From Nemertoderma westbladi (lineage: Eukaryota; Animalia; Xenacoelomorpha): a stretch of 64,000 nucleotides of DNA. Below, piece after piece: positions 63,165 through 64,000 of the stretch. The stretch is from NCBI GenBank assembly GCA_032718475.1, contig JAUCBJ010007223.1:1885-65884 (forward strand), read 5' to 3'. A program made the position numbers and the translations under genes. How positions within the stretch are numbered: the first letter of the stretch is position 1; every line of letters starts with the position of its first letter. The notes beneath the pieces are model-generated. The model did not search any database. It was not told the DNA's origin and saw only the letters and a list, made by a program, of their open reading frames with translations.

Positions 63165-63570
63165 CCATGACCTTGAAATTATAGTATCGTTATTCAGGTA
63201 CCTGGACCGCTAAAATTTTCAAAAAATCTTAATGAGATTGCATGAAATTTGAAAAAGATATATCCTTACTGGGTGAACCAGAATTTTTATTTTTGCTTTC
63301 ATTCCTTAGCTACAAGCGTTTGAAAAAGGTGTCTCTGGCAACTATTTTTCAACGAAGTTCAGATTGTGTTACATATTTGGAATCCTCGCATGGCCAAATT
63401 TCCACTTGTAGCTAAAAATTTAAAGCAAAAATAGAGATTCTGGCTCACCCACTCAGAAGGAGGGAGGTGAAACTATCTCTACTCAGTTTCAAATTTCATA
63501 AAGTCTCATTAAGATTTGGAGAAATTTTTTTTTTAACCTGAATAACGACATTATATTCCGGGTCATATTG
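63165..63570. mobile_element. Degenerate inverted-repeat (MITE-like) element
   Basis: CGTTATTCAGGT/ACCTGAATAACG, AAATCTTAATGAGA/TCTCATTAAGATTT and AGCTACAAG/CTTGTAGCT pair in nested inverted order. Confidence 0.55.
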
Positions 63571-63766
63571 TAATACAGTAATTTGTCATTTCTTCGATTT
63601 TGTGTAATTTGATCTATTGATATTCAACAAGATTATGGCGTCTCTTTAGGGTCAATATTCAGTGTTTTAATATTTTTTATTCAGTATAAATTTACATTCA
63701 GTAATAATTAATATCTTTCAGTGTTCTACAATATCTTTTAGTAATTAATAAATTATCGTTCAGTAA

Positions 63767-64000
63767 TACTGAATTATCTTTCAGTATTTTACTGAATTAT
63801 CTTTCAGTATTTACTGAATTATCTTTCAGTATTTACTGAATTATCTTTCAGTATTTACTGAATTATCTTTCAGTATTTACTGAATTATCTTTCAGTATTT
63901 ACTGAATTATCTTTCAGTATTTACTGAATTATCTTTCAGTATTTACTGAATTATCTTTCAGTAATACTTAATTATCTTTCAGTAACGTATTTATCTTTCA
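63767..64000. repeat. 22-bp minisatellite (ACTGAATTATCTTTCAGTATTT)n
   Basis: Directly visible; runs to the window edge. Confidence 0.9.

Overview
Repeat-rich eukaryotic DNA, most likely from an invertebrate animal (spliceosomal introns, LINEs, MITEs, satellites; no prokaryotic features). The left half (1-27.6 kb) holds two divergently oriented, diverged copies of a BEL/Pao-like LTR retroelement with ~1.22-kb LTRs and a very long Gag-protease ORF. The complete copy has RT and most of RNase H deleted in frame, has no integrase, and carries nested insertions: a CR1/L2-type LINE with a 2A peptide, a hAT MITE, and a repeat-bearing insert in the 5' LTR. Neither copy has a tRNA primer-binding site. 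In both, the bases just after the 5' LTR are complementary to a segment inside their own LTR, with compensatory changes between copies, suggesting Tf1-style self-priming in a BEL/Pao lineage. The right half holds a LINE relic split by a solo LTR, a small PAN/apple ORF, and an 11-exon gene (reconstructed by eye) encoding a B-box/B-box/coiled-coil/filamin protein fused to a degenerate PARP-type domain. Its introns contain three satellites: two are tandem amplifications of the exon-intron junction (hundreds of 5' splice sites) and one hosts an intact CRE-like RLE retrotransposon. All alignments were done by eye; no database searches were run.
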